Below, piece by piece: positions 14,412 through 24,721 of a DNA stretch of 64,000 nt (its first letter is position 1; every line of letters begins with the position of its first letter). The notes under the pieces were generated by a model that had not been told where the DNA came from, did not search any database, and worked only from the letters and a program-made list of their open reading frames with translations. The translations under genes and the position numbers were made by a program. The DNA is from Alphaproteobacteria bacterium (lineage in GTDB: Bacteria > Pseudomonadota > Alphaproteobacteria > UBA828), in assembly GCA_963667785.2 (NCBI GenBank), contig CAXXMU010000001.1:896001-960000 (forward strand), given 5' to 3'.

Positions 14412-15383
14412 TCACCGCTCCTTCACGTAGGGAACGCCGCTCGCCTTCGGCGGCACCGCCTTGCCGACGAAGCCCGCGAGCAGCAGCACCGTGAGAAGGT
14501 AGGGGAGTGCCTGGATCGCCTGCACCGGGATGATCCCGACGCCGGGAACGTCGACCCCCTGGAGCCTGGCCTGAACGGCGTCGGCGAAGGCGAAGAGGAA
14601 GCAGGCGAAGAGCGTCGGCACCGGGCGCCACTTGCCGAAGATCAGCGCGGCCAGGGCGAGGTAGCCCATGCCGGCGGTCATGTCGCGCACGAAGAGCGCG
14701 TTCTGGGCGATGGAGAGGGAGGTGCCTGCGACGCCGCAGAGGATGCCGCAGACGATCATCGCCCGGTAGCGCATGCCGGCCACCGAGATGCCGGCGGTGT
14801 CCACCGCCTCCGGCGCCTCGCCCACCGCGCGGAGCCGCAGCCCGAAGCGGGTCTTGTAGATGAACCACGCCGCCAGCGGGACCATGCCGAGCGCGAGATA
14901 GACGATCAGATTGTGGCCGCTCGCGATCTCCGAATAGATCTGCGCGAGGAAGGGCACGTCGCTCAGCCGGTCGGCGAAGGGGAAGTGAATCGGGCGGAAG
15001 CGCGCGTCGTCGGCGACCAGGGGCGTGTGCCCGCCCTGGCCGAACCAGGCGAGCGACAGCACCGGCCCGAGCCCCGCCACCAGGATGTTCAGCGCCATGC
15101 CGGAGACCACGTGATCGCCCCTGTGGGTGACGCAGGCGAAGGCGTGGACCATGGCCAGCGCCACCGAGGTGCCGATCCCGGCGAGCAGCCCCACCCAGGC
15201 GGAGCCGGTGACGTAGGCCGCCGCCGCGGCGGCGAACGCCGCCCCCAGCATCTTGCCTTCGAGGCCGATATCGACGACGCCCGAGCGCTCGGCGAACATG
15301 CCGGCGAAGGCGGCGAGGATGAGCGGGGTCGAGACGCGGAGCGTCGCGTCGACGACGAGAACGATCCAGGTCACCGCTTCCAT
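14412..15383 (-). CDS. ABC transporter permease (nucleoside/BMP family)
   Basis: ERSGVVDIGLEG, GLRLRAVGE, GYLALAALIFG; hydrophobic. Confidence 0.9.
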   Translation of the reverse strand: MEAVTWIVLVVDATLRVSTPLILAAFAGMFAERSGVVDIGLEGKMLGAAFAAAAAAYVTGSAWVGLLAGIGTSVALAMVHAFACVTHRGDHVVSGMALNILVAGLGPVLSLAWFGQGGHTPLVADDARFRPIHFPFADRLSDVPFLAQIYSEIASGHNLIVYLALGMVPLAAWFIYKTRFGLRLRAVGEAPEAVDTAGISVAGMRYRAMIVCGILCGVAGTSLSIAQNALFVRDMTAGMGYLALAALIFGKWRPVPTLFACFLFAFADAVQARLQGVDVPGVGIIPVQAIQALPYLLTVLLLAGFVGKAVPPKASGVPYVKER

Positions 15384-15385
15384 GT

Positions 15386-16513
15386 TTAGGCCGCTGCCAT
15401 GCTGCCGCCGTGGCGCGCGCGGCGTGTGAACAGCTTCTCGATCCGCCCGCGGAACATGTGCTCGAGCGCGCCGGAGAAGAGAATCACCAGGCCCTGCAGC
15501 ACCACCACCATGTCGCGCGTCACGTTGGGCATGTCGAAGGCGAGCTCGGAGCCGCCCTGGTAGAGCACGCCGAAGAGCAGCGCGGCCAGCAGGATGCCCA
15601 CCGGGTGGTTGCGACCCATCAGCGCCACGGCGATGCCGACGAAGCCGTAGCCCGCCGTGAATTCGAGCAGCAGGCGGTGGTGCACGCCGATGATCTCGTT
15701 GACGCCCACGAGACCCGCGAGCCCGCCCGAGATCGCCATCGCCAGCATGATCGAGCGCGCCGGCGAGATGCCGCCATAGACCGCGGCCGATTCGTTGTGG
15801 CCGACGGCGCGGATCTCGTAGCCCCAGCGCGTCCGCCAGACGAAGAACCAGAAGAGCACGAGGCAGAGCGCGGCGACCACGATGCTCAGGTTGAGCGACG
15901 AGCGGCCGATGTCCGAGCCGAAGGCGGCGAAGACGTCGTGGACGAAGGGGAGCCACGCATTGGCCTCGAAGGTGCGGCTCTCGGCCGCCTGCTGGCCCGG
16001 CTTGATGAAGACCTCGACCAGGAGGTAGGTCATCAGGGCCGCGGCCAGGAAGTTGAACATGATCGTCGTGATGACGATATGGCTGCCGCGCTTCGCCTGC
16101 AGCCAGCCGGGAATGAAGGCCCAGAAGGCGCCGAAGGCCATGGCGCCGGCGATGGCGAGCGGGATCACCACGGGCGCCGGCCAGTGGCCCAGGAAGAGCG
16201 CGATCAGTCCGGCGCCGAGCCCGCCGAGATAGGCCTGGCCCTCGCCGCCGATATTGAACAGGCCGCAATGGAAGGCGATGGCGACGGCGAGGCCGGTGAA
16301 GACGAAGTTGGTGGTGTAGTAGAGGGTGTAGCCGATCGCCTCGGGATAGCCGACCGCGCCGAGCACGAGCAGCCGCAGCGCCTCGAACGGGTTCTCGCCG
16401 ATCAGCGCGATGATGATCCCGGCGATGAGGAGCGCGAGTGCGAGGTTGATGAGCGGGACCAGCCCGTGGGTGACCCAGGCCGGTGCCTGGGTCGGCCCGC
16501 CGAAGCCGCTCAC
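15386..16513 (-). CDS. ABC transporter permease (nucleoside/BMP family)
   Basis: GLFNIGGEGQ, GYEIRAVG, GYGFVGIAVALMGRNHP; GTG start overlaps the ATPase stop. Confidence 0.9.
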   Translation of the reverse strand: MSGFGGPTQAPAWVTHGLVPLINLALALLIAGIIIALIGENPFEALRLLVLGAVGYPEAIGYTLYYTTNFVFTGLAVAIAFHCGLFNIGGEGQAYLGGLGAGLIALFLGHWPAPVVIPLAIAGAMAFGAFWAFIPGWLQAKRGSHIVITTIMFNFLAAALMTYLLVEVFIKPGQQAAESRTFEANAWLPFVHDVFAAFGSDIGRSSLNLSIVVAALCLVLFWFFVWRTRWGYEIRAVGHNESAAVYGGISPARSIMLAMAISGGLAGLVGVNEIIGVHHRLLLEFTAGYGFVGIAVALMGRNHPVGILLAALLFGVLYQGGSELAFDMPNVTRDMVVVLQGLVILFSGALEHMFRGRIEKLFTRRARHGGSMAAA

Positions 16514-18111
16514 CCGCCCCTGGCCTCCGCGTCCGCCGGGCGCTCGCCGGCCATCATCAGCCCGAGCGTCCGCTCGTCCGCCTCGGCCTGCGCGACCTCG
16601 CCGACGATCCTGCCGCCGAACATCACGAGGATGCGATCCGCCAGCGACATGATCTCGTCGAGCTCGACCGAGACCAGCAGGATCGCCTTGCCCGCATCCC
16701 GCATGGCCACGAGCTTGCTGTGGATGAACTCGATGGCGCCGATATCGACGCCGCGGGTCGGCTGGCCCACCAGCAGCACGTCCGGGCTGCGGCCCATCTC
16801 GCGCCCGACCACGATCTTCTGCTGGTTGCCGCCGGAGAAGTTGGCGGTGCGGAGCTGTGGCAGGGGCGGGCGCACGTCGAAGTCCTCCATGGTGCGCCTG
16901 ACGCCGCCGACCACCGCGCCCCGGCTCATCAGGGCGCCCGTGTTGTAGCGCCGCTCGCGGTGGTAGCCGAGGACGCCGCTCTCGGAGGCGTCGAAGGCGG
17001 TGACCAGGCCCATGCGCTGGCGGTCCTCCGGCACATGGCCGAGCCCTGCACGGCGCATGGTCCGTGCCGCCTCGGCATGACCGCCGGCAGGCGCCGGCGT
17101 GCCGCCCATGGCGATCGTGCCTCCTTCGCGGGCGAGCGTGCCGGCGAGCGCCTCCAGCAGCTCCGACTGGCCGTTGCCCGCGACGCCGGCGATGCCGACG
17201 ATCTCGCCGGCGTGAACGGCGAAGCTCACGTCGTGGACGCGGAGCACGCCGCTGCGGTCGCGCACCGCGAGGTTCTCGACCTGCAGCATCGCCTCGCCCG
17301 GCTCGGCCGCGCCCTTCTCCACGCGCAGCAGCACGCTGCGGCCCACCATCATCGCGGCGAGCTGCGCGCGGTCGGTCTCGGCTGTGTCCACGTGGTCGAC
17401 CACGCGGCCCGCGCGCATCACCGTCACCCGGTCGGTCAGCGCCATGATCTCGCGCAGCTTGTGGGTGATCAGGACGATGGTGCGGCCCTGCTCCCTGAGG
17501 GCGCGGAGGATGCGGAAGAGGTCGTCGACCTCCTGCGGCGTCAGCACGCCGGTGGGCTCGTCCAGGATCAGGATGTCGGCGCCGCGATAGAGCGCCTTGA
17601 GGATCTCCACCCGCTGCTGCAGGCCGACGGGCAGGTCGCCGACGATGGCGTCGGGGTCGACGTCGAGTCCGTACTCGCGCTCCAGCCGCTCCAGCTCCTG
17701 CCGGGCCTCGCTGAGCGTGGAGCGCAGCAGGTAGCCCTTCTCCACGCCGAGCACCACGTTCTCGAGCACGGTGAAGGTGTCCACGAGCATGAAGTGCTGG
17801 TGGACCATGCCGATGCCGTGGGCGATGGCATCCTCGGGCCCCCTGATCGAGACCGGTTCGCCGCCCACCCTGATCTCGCCGCTGTCGGCCTGGTAGTAGC
17901 CGTAGACGATGCTCATCAGGGTGGACTTGCCGGCGCCGTTCTCGCCGATGATGCCGTGGATCGTGCCGGGGGCGACGGCGACCGACACGTCCTCGTTGGC
18001 GTGCACCGGGCCGAACCACTTCTCGACGCCGACGGTCTCGAGCGCGGGCACGCCCTCCCCGCCGGAGGAGCCGCCCCCTCCGGCGGCCCCCCGGTGCTCC
18101 TCCTCCGGCAT
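16510..18111 (-). CDS. ABC transporter ATP-binding protein (tandem ABC)
   Basis: GENGAGKST, LDEPT, GVAGNGQ, FSGGNQQK, QPTRGVD. Confidence 0.95.
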   Translation of the reverse strand: MPEEEHRGAAGGGGSSGGEGVPALETVGVEKWFGPVHANEDVSVAVAPGTIHGIIGENGAGKSTLMSIVYGYYQADSGEIRVGGEPVSIRGPEDAIAHGIGMVHQHFMLVDTFTVLENVVLGVEKGYLLRSTLSEARQELERLEREYGLDVDPDAIVGDLPVGLQQRVEILKALYRGADILILDEPTGVLTPQEVDDLFRILRALREQGRTIVLITHKLREIMALTDRVTVMRAGRVVDHVDTAETDRAQLAAMMVGRSVLLRVEKGAAEPGEAMLQVENLAVRDRSGVLRVHDVSFAVHAGEIVGIAGVAGNGQSELLEALAGTLAREGGTIAMGGTPAPAGGHAEAARTMRRAGLGHVPEDRQRMGLVTAFDASESGVLGYHRERRYNTGALMSRGAVVGGVRRTMEDFDVRPPLPQLRTANFSGGNQQKIVVGREMGRSPDVLLVGQPTRGVDIGAIEFIHSKLVAMRDAGKAILLVSVELDEIMSLADRILVMFGGRIVGEVAQAEADERTLGLMMAGERPADAEARGG

Positions 18112-18160
18112 GGGGCTTGCGCCTCGGTAGCCGGCCGGCGCCGGCGCCCGCGCCCGCGCG

Positions 18161-19150
18161 CTACTGCGCCATGTAGTCGGTCACCTGGATCGTGCCGGCG
18201 ATGATGTCCTGGCGCGCCTGCTCGATCGCCCCCTCCATCTCGTCCGAGACGAGGCTGCGATTGTGCTCGTCGAGCGCCCAGCCGACGCCGTCCTCCGCGA
18301 GGCCGAGGACCTGGATGCCGCCCTGCCAGGTGCCGTCCTGGGCGGCCGTGAAGGACTCGTAGACCGCCACGTCGACGCGCTTGATCATCGAGGTCAGCAT
18401 GGTGCCGGGGTGGATGTAGTTCTGGTTGCTGTCCACGCCGATCGCGAGCTTGCCAGCGTCCTTCGCGGCCTGGTAGACGCCGATGCCGGTGCCGCCGGCG
18501 GCGGCGTAGACCACGTCCGCGCCCCGGTCGAACTGGCTGCGGGCGAGCTCGCCGCCCTTGGTCGGGTCGTTCCAGGCGGACGGCGTCGTGCCGGTCATGT
18601 TCTGGAAGATCTCGATGTCCGGATTGACGTGCTGCGCGCCCTCCACGTAGCCGAGCGCGAACTTGCGGATGAGCGGAATGTCCATCCCGCCGACGAAGCC
18701 GACCTTGCCGGTCTCGGACGCCATCGCCGCCGCCATGCCGACCAGGAACGAGCCCTCATGCTCCTTGAAGATCACCGACTGCACGTTGGGCAGGTCGACC
18801 ACCATGTCGATCAGGGTGAACTTGGTGTCGGGGAACTCCTGCGCCACCGTCTCGACGGCGGCCGCCTGGGCGAAGCCCATCGCCACCACTACCTGCGCGC
18901 CGCGCCGCGCCATGTTGCGGAGCGCCTGCTCGCGCATGGAGGGGTTCGTGACCTCGAAGTCGCGGTACTGGACGCCGGTGTCCGCCTTGAACCGCTCGGC
19001 GCCGTTGAAGGCGGCCTCGTTGAACGACTTGTCGAACTTGCCGCCCATGTCGAAGACGACGGCCGGCGTGAAGTCTTCGGCCTGGACCTGTGTCATGCCG
19101 GCCACGGCGATGCCGACCGCCGCAAGCGCGGCGACGATGATTCGTTTCAT
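18161..19150 (-). CDS. BMP-family ABC substrate-binding protein
   Basis: Signal peptide; GGKFDKSFN, GFVGGM, AAAGGTG, IGVDSNQ. Confidence 0.92.
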   Translation of the reverse strand: MKRIIVAALAAVGIAVAGMTQVQAEDFTPAVVFDMGGKFDKSFNEAAFNGAERFKADTGVQYRDFEVTNPSMREQALRNMARRGAQVVVAMGFAQAAAVETVAQEFPDTKFTLIDMVVDLPNVQSVIFKEHEGSFLVGMAAAMASETGKVGFVGGMDIPLIRKFALGYVEGAQHVNPDIEIFQNMTGTTPSAWNDPTKGGELARSQFDRGADVVYAAAGGTGIGVYQAAKDAGKLAIGVDSNQNYIHPGTMLTSMIKRVDVAVYESFTAAQDGTWQGGIQVLGLAEDGVGWALDEHNRSLVSDEMEGAIEQARQDIIAGTIQVTDYMAQ

Positions 19151-19282
19151 CAGGAAGTCTCCCTTGGGTACGCAGCGAGGGTGGGTCGAGCTTAGCCTGC
19201 ATTACTCACCAGGGTCACGGCCTGCGTCGCGTTCAGCAAAATGCCCGAATCATCCAGCGCCAATCCCCGATTCATACGACGA

Positions 19283-19295
19283 TAAGGCATTGATT
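19283..19295 (-). promoter_or_regulatory. IHF consensus site at the island left boundary
   Basis: Reverse strand AATCAA-TGCC-TTA matches WATCAANNNNTTR exactly, in an AT-rich patch. Confidence 0.45.
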
Positions 19296-19568
19296 TAACG
19301 ATATTTGTTTCCTCCCATGCAGGCCGCCGGAGTCCACTCCGAAAAACGCGGCAGCAAACCGCAACCGGACTTGCCTCTTTCACTGTCTCGTCATGTCCAG
19401 CCGTGCCGCCCGGACATCCAGCACCCTTCCATTGTAAGTCTCCTGCACCTCCGGCCTGTCCGGGGCGCTACCCAGCGCGCCGTCGACCGGTGTCCTTCGG
19501 TGACCGCCGGGGTTCCATCGGCTTGTCGTCTCCATCGTGCGTGACCAATGCCGGTTATGCGAGAACCC

Positions 19569-20162
19569 CTACCCGTTCGATGCAGGCCGCTTCCGCAGCT
19601 TCATGATTGCGGCAAGATTCTGCACCCGGGGCAATACCTTCGACGGATGCCCATCGAACGGAATCTGCAATTCGAGACCGGTCCGTTCCATGTCGAACGA
19701 ATCTCCCTCCAATACCCGGATTTGCTCCACCCGCCGCCCTCGATGCACCTTTAGTACCAGCGAACCGTCGAGAAGACGCAGTCCCGAGACGTTCATTCCT
19801 GTCGCGCGCGTAATCACCCCTACAGTGACTATCGAGTCTCCCGGCTCCACGACCGCGGCCTCGATCATCCTTTCGTCGACCCAGAACGCCTTGAACTTGC
19901 TTCTCTCCCTCGGGTCCTCCCAGGCCAGCAGGTTCCATCGGACCGCCTCGAGATCGGCTTCGGACTGAGCGCGCAGCGCGAACCCCGCCGACTCCGCGAC
20001 CGACGGCGCGCCGCCGTGCCCCCGCCAGTCCGCCTTGTAGTCCGGGTTGGCCCTCAGAGCGTGCCAGTCGCCTATCGGACCCCGGATTTCCGTGTCTTGC
20101 GCCGTTGCCGAGTCCGCCAATCCAATCGTCTCCATCGAAAATCGTCCGTCCGGAATATTCAT
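19569..20162 (-). CDS. DUF6499-like transcriptional-regulator domain protein
   Basis: WHALRANPDYKADW ... RWNLLAWEDP resembles the WEFLRRNPxY motif of ICE activators; start uncertain (20162 or 20135). Confidence 0.5.
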   Translation of the reverse strand: MNIPDGRFSMETIGLADSATAQDTEIRGPIGDWHALRANPDYKADWRGHGGAPSVAESAGFALRAQSEADLEAVRWNLLAWEDPRERSKFKAFWVDERMIEAAVVEPGDSIVTVGVITRATGMNVSGLRLLDGSLVLKVHRGRRVEQIRVLEGDSFDMERTGLELQIPFDGHPSKVLPRVQNLAAIMKLRKRPASNG

Positions 20163-20387
20163 CCTCGCCGACACGGGACGCAACCGGCGCCTGGTCTGCC
20201 AGCCCTTCGCACCCTGCCTACGCCAAGCCCGCACCGTGCCATACCCCGCCGGTCCACGATGCCGTCCGCGCCCGTGCGGGTGCGCCACCGAGAGGGGAGT
20301 GCCGGCCGTGAGCGGGGCGGCGGTCGGGCGTCCGGGAGAGGGCGTCCGGCTGCCGCTTTCCCTCATCGGCACGAAGGAGACGGCACC

Positions 20388-20714
20388 ATGACGGCAGCCA
20401 TGGCGATGTCCGCCAACACGGCGGAGCCGTTCCAGGTTCATTTCTTCGGCACCGGCCTCGCCGACGACCGCTATGTGGTCGAGCGGTTCAAGGCCCGGGC
20501 GGACGGCGACATCGTTCTCGCCCCCGCCGAGGCGCTCGCGGCGAAGGGCCGGCGCAAGGTCAAGCGCACCACGGTCACGCTGAAGGCGGTGAAGGAGCTG
20601 CGGCCCGCCACCACCGAGATCATCATCTGCACCGGCCTCAAGACCCGCGGCGGCATCCAGGTCTGGGGTTCGATCGCGGCCGGCCTTCTGTGCGACCGCA
20701 AGCAGAAGGGCTGA
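20388..20714 (+). CDS. Hypothetical protein
   Basis: AAGGAG SD before ATG; GC3-biased codon usage. Confidence 0.6.
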   Translation: MTAAMAMSANTAEPFQVHFFGTGLADDRYVVERFKARADGDIVLAPAEALAAKGRRKVKRTTVTLKAVKELRPATTEIIICTGLKTRGGIQVWGSIAAGLLCDRKQKG

Positions 20715-20823
20715 CGGCCTTCTTCCAGGACGTCCTGCCGGCCCTGCGTCCCCGGCTCGGGGGCCGGGGCAGGCGCCGGGGCGTCCTTCCGTCCCTTTCC
20801 GGATCGGCAGCAAGGAGGCCGCC

Positions 20824-21123
20824 ATGGCTAGCCGCGACTTCGCGAAGAAACGGCGGCGCAATCTCGAACGCTTCCACCAGCGCACCGAGGAGCGCCGCGC
20901 CGCCGACCGCGCCCGCACCGTCCACCTGCCGCCGATGGCGGTGGAGCTGTTGGAAGCGTTGCCGCGCGAGGGCAGTACCTGGGTGTTCCCGGGCAACAAC
21001 CGGGACGGGCGCTACACCGGCGGCGGCCTCGACCATGTCTGGCAGACCGTCCGCGCCAGGGCCGGACTGGAAGACGTCCGGCTGCACGACCTCCGCCACT
21101 CTTTGTGCGGCGTAATCTCCTAG
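20824..21123 (+). pseudogene. Tyrosine integrase fragment ending at HDLRHS
   Basis: RTVHLPPMAVELL...WVFPG...WQTVRARAGLEDVRLHDLRHS, then unrelated residues and a stop; N-terminal domains missing. Confidence 0.8.
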
Positions 21124-21320
21124 CACACCGTAATCATTGATTTTATTTTTCTCATACAAGATCCGTAATCGAATAGTCACCGGATTCGATCATGTTCCAG
21201 GTGTCGCATGCCGCATGTCACGCCTGCTGCCCCCATCCGCCGCGATCCCTAAACGGTTACCGCATGCCCGCGCCCCACGATCCGTGAGGGGCATCGGAGA
21301 GGTCGCGGCCGCAAGCTCCA

Positions 21321-21610
21321 TCAGGCCGCGCCAGCAGGTCCGTGTTCGAGAGCTGGCCCCGGAACCGGTGCTTCATCACCGCCAGCCCCCCGGTCACCAT
21401 CGGCGCCGCGAACGAGGTCCCGCCCGCCACCCAGGTGCCGCGCTCCCCCGCCGCGCCGGTCTCCTCGTCCGGCCCGAAATAGCCAGGGCGACGCCGTCGC
21501 CCGGGGCCGCGATGCACCACGCGGCCGCAAGACCGCAGCGGTTCGAGTACGCCGCGATCTCCCCGTCCTCTCCCACCGCGACCACCGCCACCGTGTTCTC
21601 GCGTAGCTCC
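21321..21610 (-). pseudogene. Frameshifted S8 (subtilisin-like) peptidase remnant
   Basis: AYSNRCGLAAAWCIAAPG in one frame and GTSFAAPMVTGGLA (catalytic Ser motif) in another; boundaries approximate. Confidence 0.7.
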
Positions 21611-22203
21611 GCGCGTGATCCCCGCCTCCAGGCTCGGAGACGCCGCGACAATCCCGTTCCGCAGGCAGTAGGGCTGGTTCGGCGCGCAACGCGTGTCCTC
21701 CCTGAGCTTCCCGGCGCTAAAGCCGCTTCGCGCCGAACGCTCCGGCCCAGGCCCCGGTGTCGAACACGCCCGAGGCCTCCTCGTGGCCGCCGCCGTGGAG
21801 CTTTCCGACCGGATGAGCGTTGCCAGCCGTGCCGGAGATGAAACGCCCGTCGGTCGGCTCCGTGCCGGTCCACCTGAGCAACCCGTCCCCGCGCCCCCCA
21901 CTGGCGTCGCCGCCGCCCCGCTGGAACCGGAATTCGAACTCTCCCGCTTCCCGCCGGATTCCCAATCCACCGAAGCGCCATGGCTGGACCGTCCGCCGAA
22001 AAAGCCCGGGGCCCGCTACGCCCCCGGCGCCATGCGCCAAGACGTTCAGCCGAGCCCGGCCTCGGGATCCGCAAAGGCAGGGCCTGAGGGTTTGCCATTC
22101 AACAGGCCAGCCGACGCTCAGCATCGGCGATTATCGGAACAAACGCCGAGGAAACACCAAGACGCGACCACATCGCGCATTCTGTCCCCCTTTGAAAAGA
22201 CAC

Positions 22204-23634
22204 CTACTCGTCAGACTCATTGAGAGCCAGCCGATCACGAAGTACCCGATTCTCCATTGCCATGGATCTAATTCGACCAACATCCATTCCTGTAAGTCGC
22301 AGGAAATGGAGATGAAACAGGGCGTCCAGTCTAAGACAAATACCATACATCTTACTGTCACCAATGCCCCTTGCCCTGCGCTCTACTCTCTTGTCATAGT
22401 GTGTCAAATAGTTCCTCATGTCAACTATGTCTTGCACCAGAGACTTTATTTCATTTGTCGTTCCAAACAGATCCTCAAAGGGCTCAATCAGTCGCTTTAT
22501 TCTCTTTCGCAAAGAAATCTCGTTCGCGTACTTCAGTCTGGACTCCATGAAATTTCTTCTCTCGGGCGGCACTAATTCGATAGTGGTTGCACGCAACCAC
22601 TCAAAGTCGTTCAAATTCATTTCAGTTTCGTCAGAGGTTCTTCTATGAAGAGTTTCTAGAGCCTGTACAAGTGACAGGAAGACGCCATTCAAATTCCTGT
22701 GGGCACCAATTTTAGAAGATAGGTACAAATCAAACGCTGGATATATAGTTTCGTAGTCGGCCAACCATCTCACGATCGTTTTTCCGATATCACCAGAGAT
22801 ATCATTGTATCCAAAAGTCTTGGAGATGCGTGTATCCGGTTGTTGATCTTGCAGTTGACTGTGATAGAAAATACTCGTCACAACCTCCCGATCCCATTTA
22901 TCCAGCTTGTTACTTGAATAACCCTTTACCCATTCTATCGCCACAATCTTGTTCATCACCAAGCAAAGGAAAGTGTGTATCCGGTGTAACATCACGAAAC
23001 AGCGTTCAACGGGGAGCAGCCCCTTCGACGTTAGAGAAACATGCATACGCTGAGAAATCGTGGATGACAGATGAGATACCTTGTAGTCGGGAAGAGAAAA
23101 TGAAGGCGAGAATACGAACTGGAGTCGAATTCCCTCTGGCAAGGCTATAGAAATGTCATCCGGCTGCGTGTAATGAATCGCCCACTCTGCCTTTTCGGAA
23201 TCCGAGTTTAACTTTGGACGAAATCCGGAGATTGAAAACCATTCGTTGAGATTCTCCAACGAAAACTCTATCCGTGAGAACGCAATTGGTTCGTCTTCGA
23301 CAAATGAAGCTCCAACGAACGCCGCGCCAACATGAAATCTCGATTCAGACACATACCCTTCGATAATTCGCACGAAATAGAAGGGATCGTCTACAGCTAC
23401 GCATTTCTCCAAAGTTACCGGGTCATTATCGACTATACCCAAAATACGTTGGGTTTCTTTGCCAAAGGGACTGTTACTTTGAAGCTGTTGGGGATCAACG
23501 GCGGTAGGTCGATGGACTAGTCTCAGCGTTATTTCGCCTGATGTCGAGATACGTAGAGTTCCGGGATAGTGCTGGCCCGGATGGCTTGGAAGCCAAAAGA
23601 ATCCGGGTTTGTCGATGGGATCGGACAGTCGCAT
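22204..23634 (-). CDS. ApeA-like protein (ApeA N-terminal domain plus HEPN)
   Basis: N-terminal GFFWLP...GTL, FLSLVQALE, HEPN motif RNYLTH; low GC. Confidence 0.8.
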   Translation of the reverse strand: MRLSDPIDKPGFFWLPSHPGQHYPGTLRISTSGEITLRLVHRPTAVDPQQLQSNSPFGKETQRILGIVDNDPVTLEKCVAVDDPFYFVRIIEGYVSESRFHVGAAFVGASFVEDEPIAFSRIEFSLENLNEWFSISGFRPKLNSDSEKAEWAIHYTQPDDISIALPEGIRLQFVFSPSFSLPDYKVSHLSSTISQRMHVSLTSKGLLPVERCFVMLHRIHTFLCLVMNKIVAIEWVKGYSSNKLDKWDREVVTSIFYHSQLQDQQPDTRISKTFGYNDISGDIGKTIVRWLADYETIYPAFDLYLSSKIGAHRNLNGVFLSLVQALETLHRRTSDETEMNLNDFEWLRATTIELVPPERRNFMESRLKYANEISLRKRIKRLIEPFEDLFGTTNEIKSLVQDIVDMRNYLTHYDKRVERRARGIGDSKMYGICLRLDALFHLHFLRLTGMDVGRIRSMAMENRVLRDRLALNESDE

Positions 23635-24000
23635 TGTCAGCCCTTGCTATGGCGTCATTTTTTGGAATGATGTGAGCGAGCCCGGTTCAGCCGTTCGATC
23701 CGAGGATCTGTTTTGATTTCGAAACAGCTGTCCCCGGTTTGGTAGCACCCAAGGGATAGCCGTGTGTAAGCCCTGTCAAGCGGAGCTGAGGTGTTACCAC
23801 TCCAACCGGAGCGCTTCGGCGGGTACTTCGGTCTCTGGGATGCATCACGCTTTATCGGCACTGCCCGAGGACCGATGCTCACCGCAATCGTGACGGACCA
23901 TTCCGGTGCCCTGTCCCCAGCCACTCTGAGGCGCTTCGGTGCCGGCCACCTCACTCATAGAAATCGCTACATCGTACCCGGGGACACCGACATGGCTACC

Positions 24001-24324
24001 TCAAATCGCCGCCGCGGCTTGGCTGTCGGGTCTCACGTCAACGTGTACCGTGACCCGCAGATTGCTGTCGAGCGCCGCAAGCATTTTCATCAGCCGGTCG
24101 AGCGTGAAGCGCCCGAGGTCCGCGTTCCGAATCCGCGAGAAATCCGCAGCGGCGAAACGGGTCAGCGCGGCGGCCTTGCGGACCGACAGACCGCGGTCGT
24201 CGAGCACCCTGATGATGCGGGCCGCCACCACCGCCTTGGCTTGCTTTAGGTCCGCGTCGGAATCGCCGATGTCGCGGAAAACGTTGCCGCTGCCCCCAAC
24301 CAACTCGAATTTGCTCTCGCTCAT
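24001..24324 (-). CDS. HigA-like XRE/HTH antitoxin
   Basis: GSGNVFRDIG...LKQAKA...AADFSRIRNADLGRFTLDRL; start overlaps toxin stop. Confidence 0.85.
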   Translation of the reverse strand: MSESKFELVGGSGNVFRDIGDSDADLKQAKAVVAARIIRVLDDRGLSVRKAAALTRFAAADFSRIRNADLGRFTLDRLMKMLAALDSNLRVTVHVDVRPDSQAAAAI

Positions 24325-24671
24325 GGCATCGTCTCCCTCCTCAGCCGCGCCAGCCGGCCCCGGACCAGATCGATCTCGGCCTTCGGCGTCCCGATTCCCG
24401 TCTTCGACTTCTTCCGGAACGCATGGATCACCCAGAGCCGGCCCGCCAGCTCCGTCACGTAGACCACCCGCCAAGCGTCCGTACGATAGGGGACGGCATT
24501 CTGCATGACGCCCGGCCCGAGACCCTTCAGCGGTTTCGCGATGTCCGCCTTGCCGCCCTCCGCCCCGATCGTGAGCGCCGTGCCGATCCGATCCCGCACC
24601 GTTGTGGGGAACGACTCGAACGTCTTCCGCGCTGCCTTGACCCAACCGACAGGCCTTGTGTCAAGGTTCAT
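24321..24671 (-). CDS. RelE/HigB (Gp49-like) toxin
   Basis: KPLKGLGPGV...RVVY...VIHAFRKKSKTGIGTP; toxin-first order. Confidence 0.85.
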   Translation of the reverse strand: MNLDTRPVGWVKAARKTFESFPTTVRDRIGTALTIGAEGGKADIAKPLKGLGPGVMQNAVPYRTDAWRVVYVTELAGRLWVIHAFRKKSKTGIGTPKAEIDLVRGRLARLRRETMP

Positions 24672-24677
24672 GGAGTA

Positions 24678-24707
24678 TGTTGTCAGTGGTGACTACACCT
24701 GTCAACA
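24678..24707 (-). promoter_or_regulatory. Imperfect palindrome (probable TA operator) overlapping a TTGACA -35 box
   Basis: tgttgtcag...ctgtcaaca; minus strand reads TTGACA-17nt-CAACAT-5nt-ATG with no SD. Confidence 0.5.
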
Positions 24708-24721
24708 GGCCGGACGATGGA

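Noticed and set aside
21693-22200. Overlapping ORFs between the S8 remnant and ApeA
   Set aside because: Pro/Arg-rich translations with no recognisable domain; no frame stands out.
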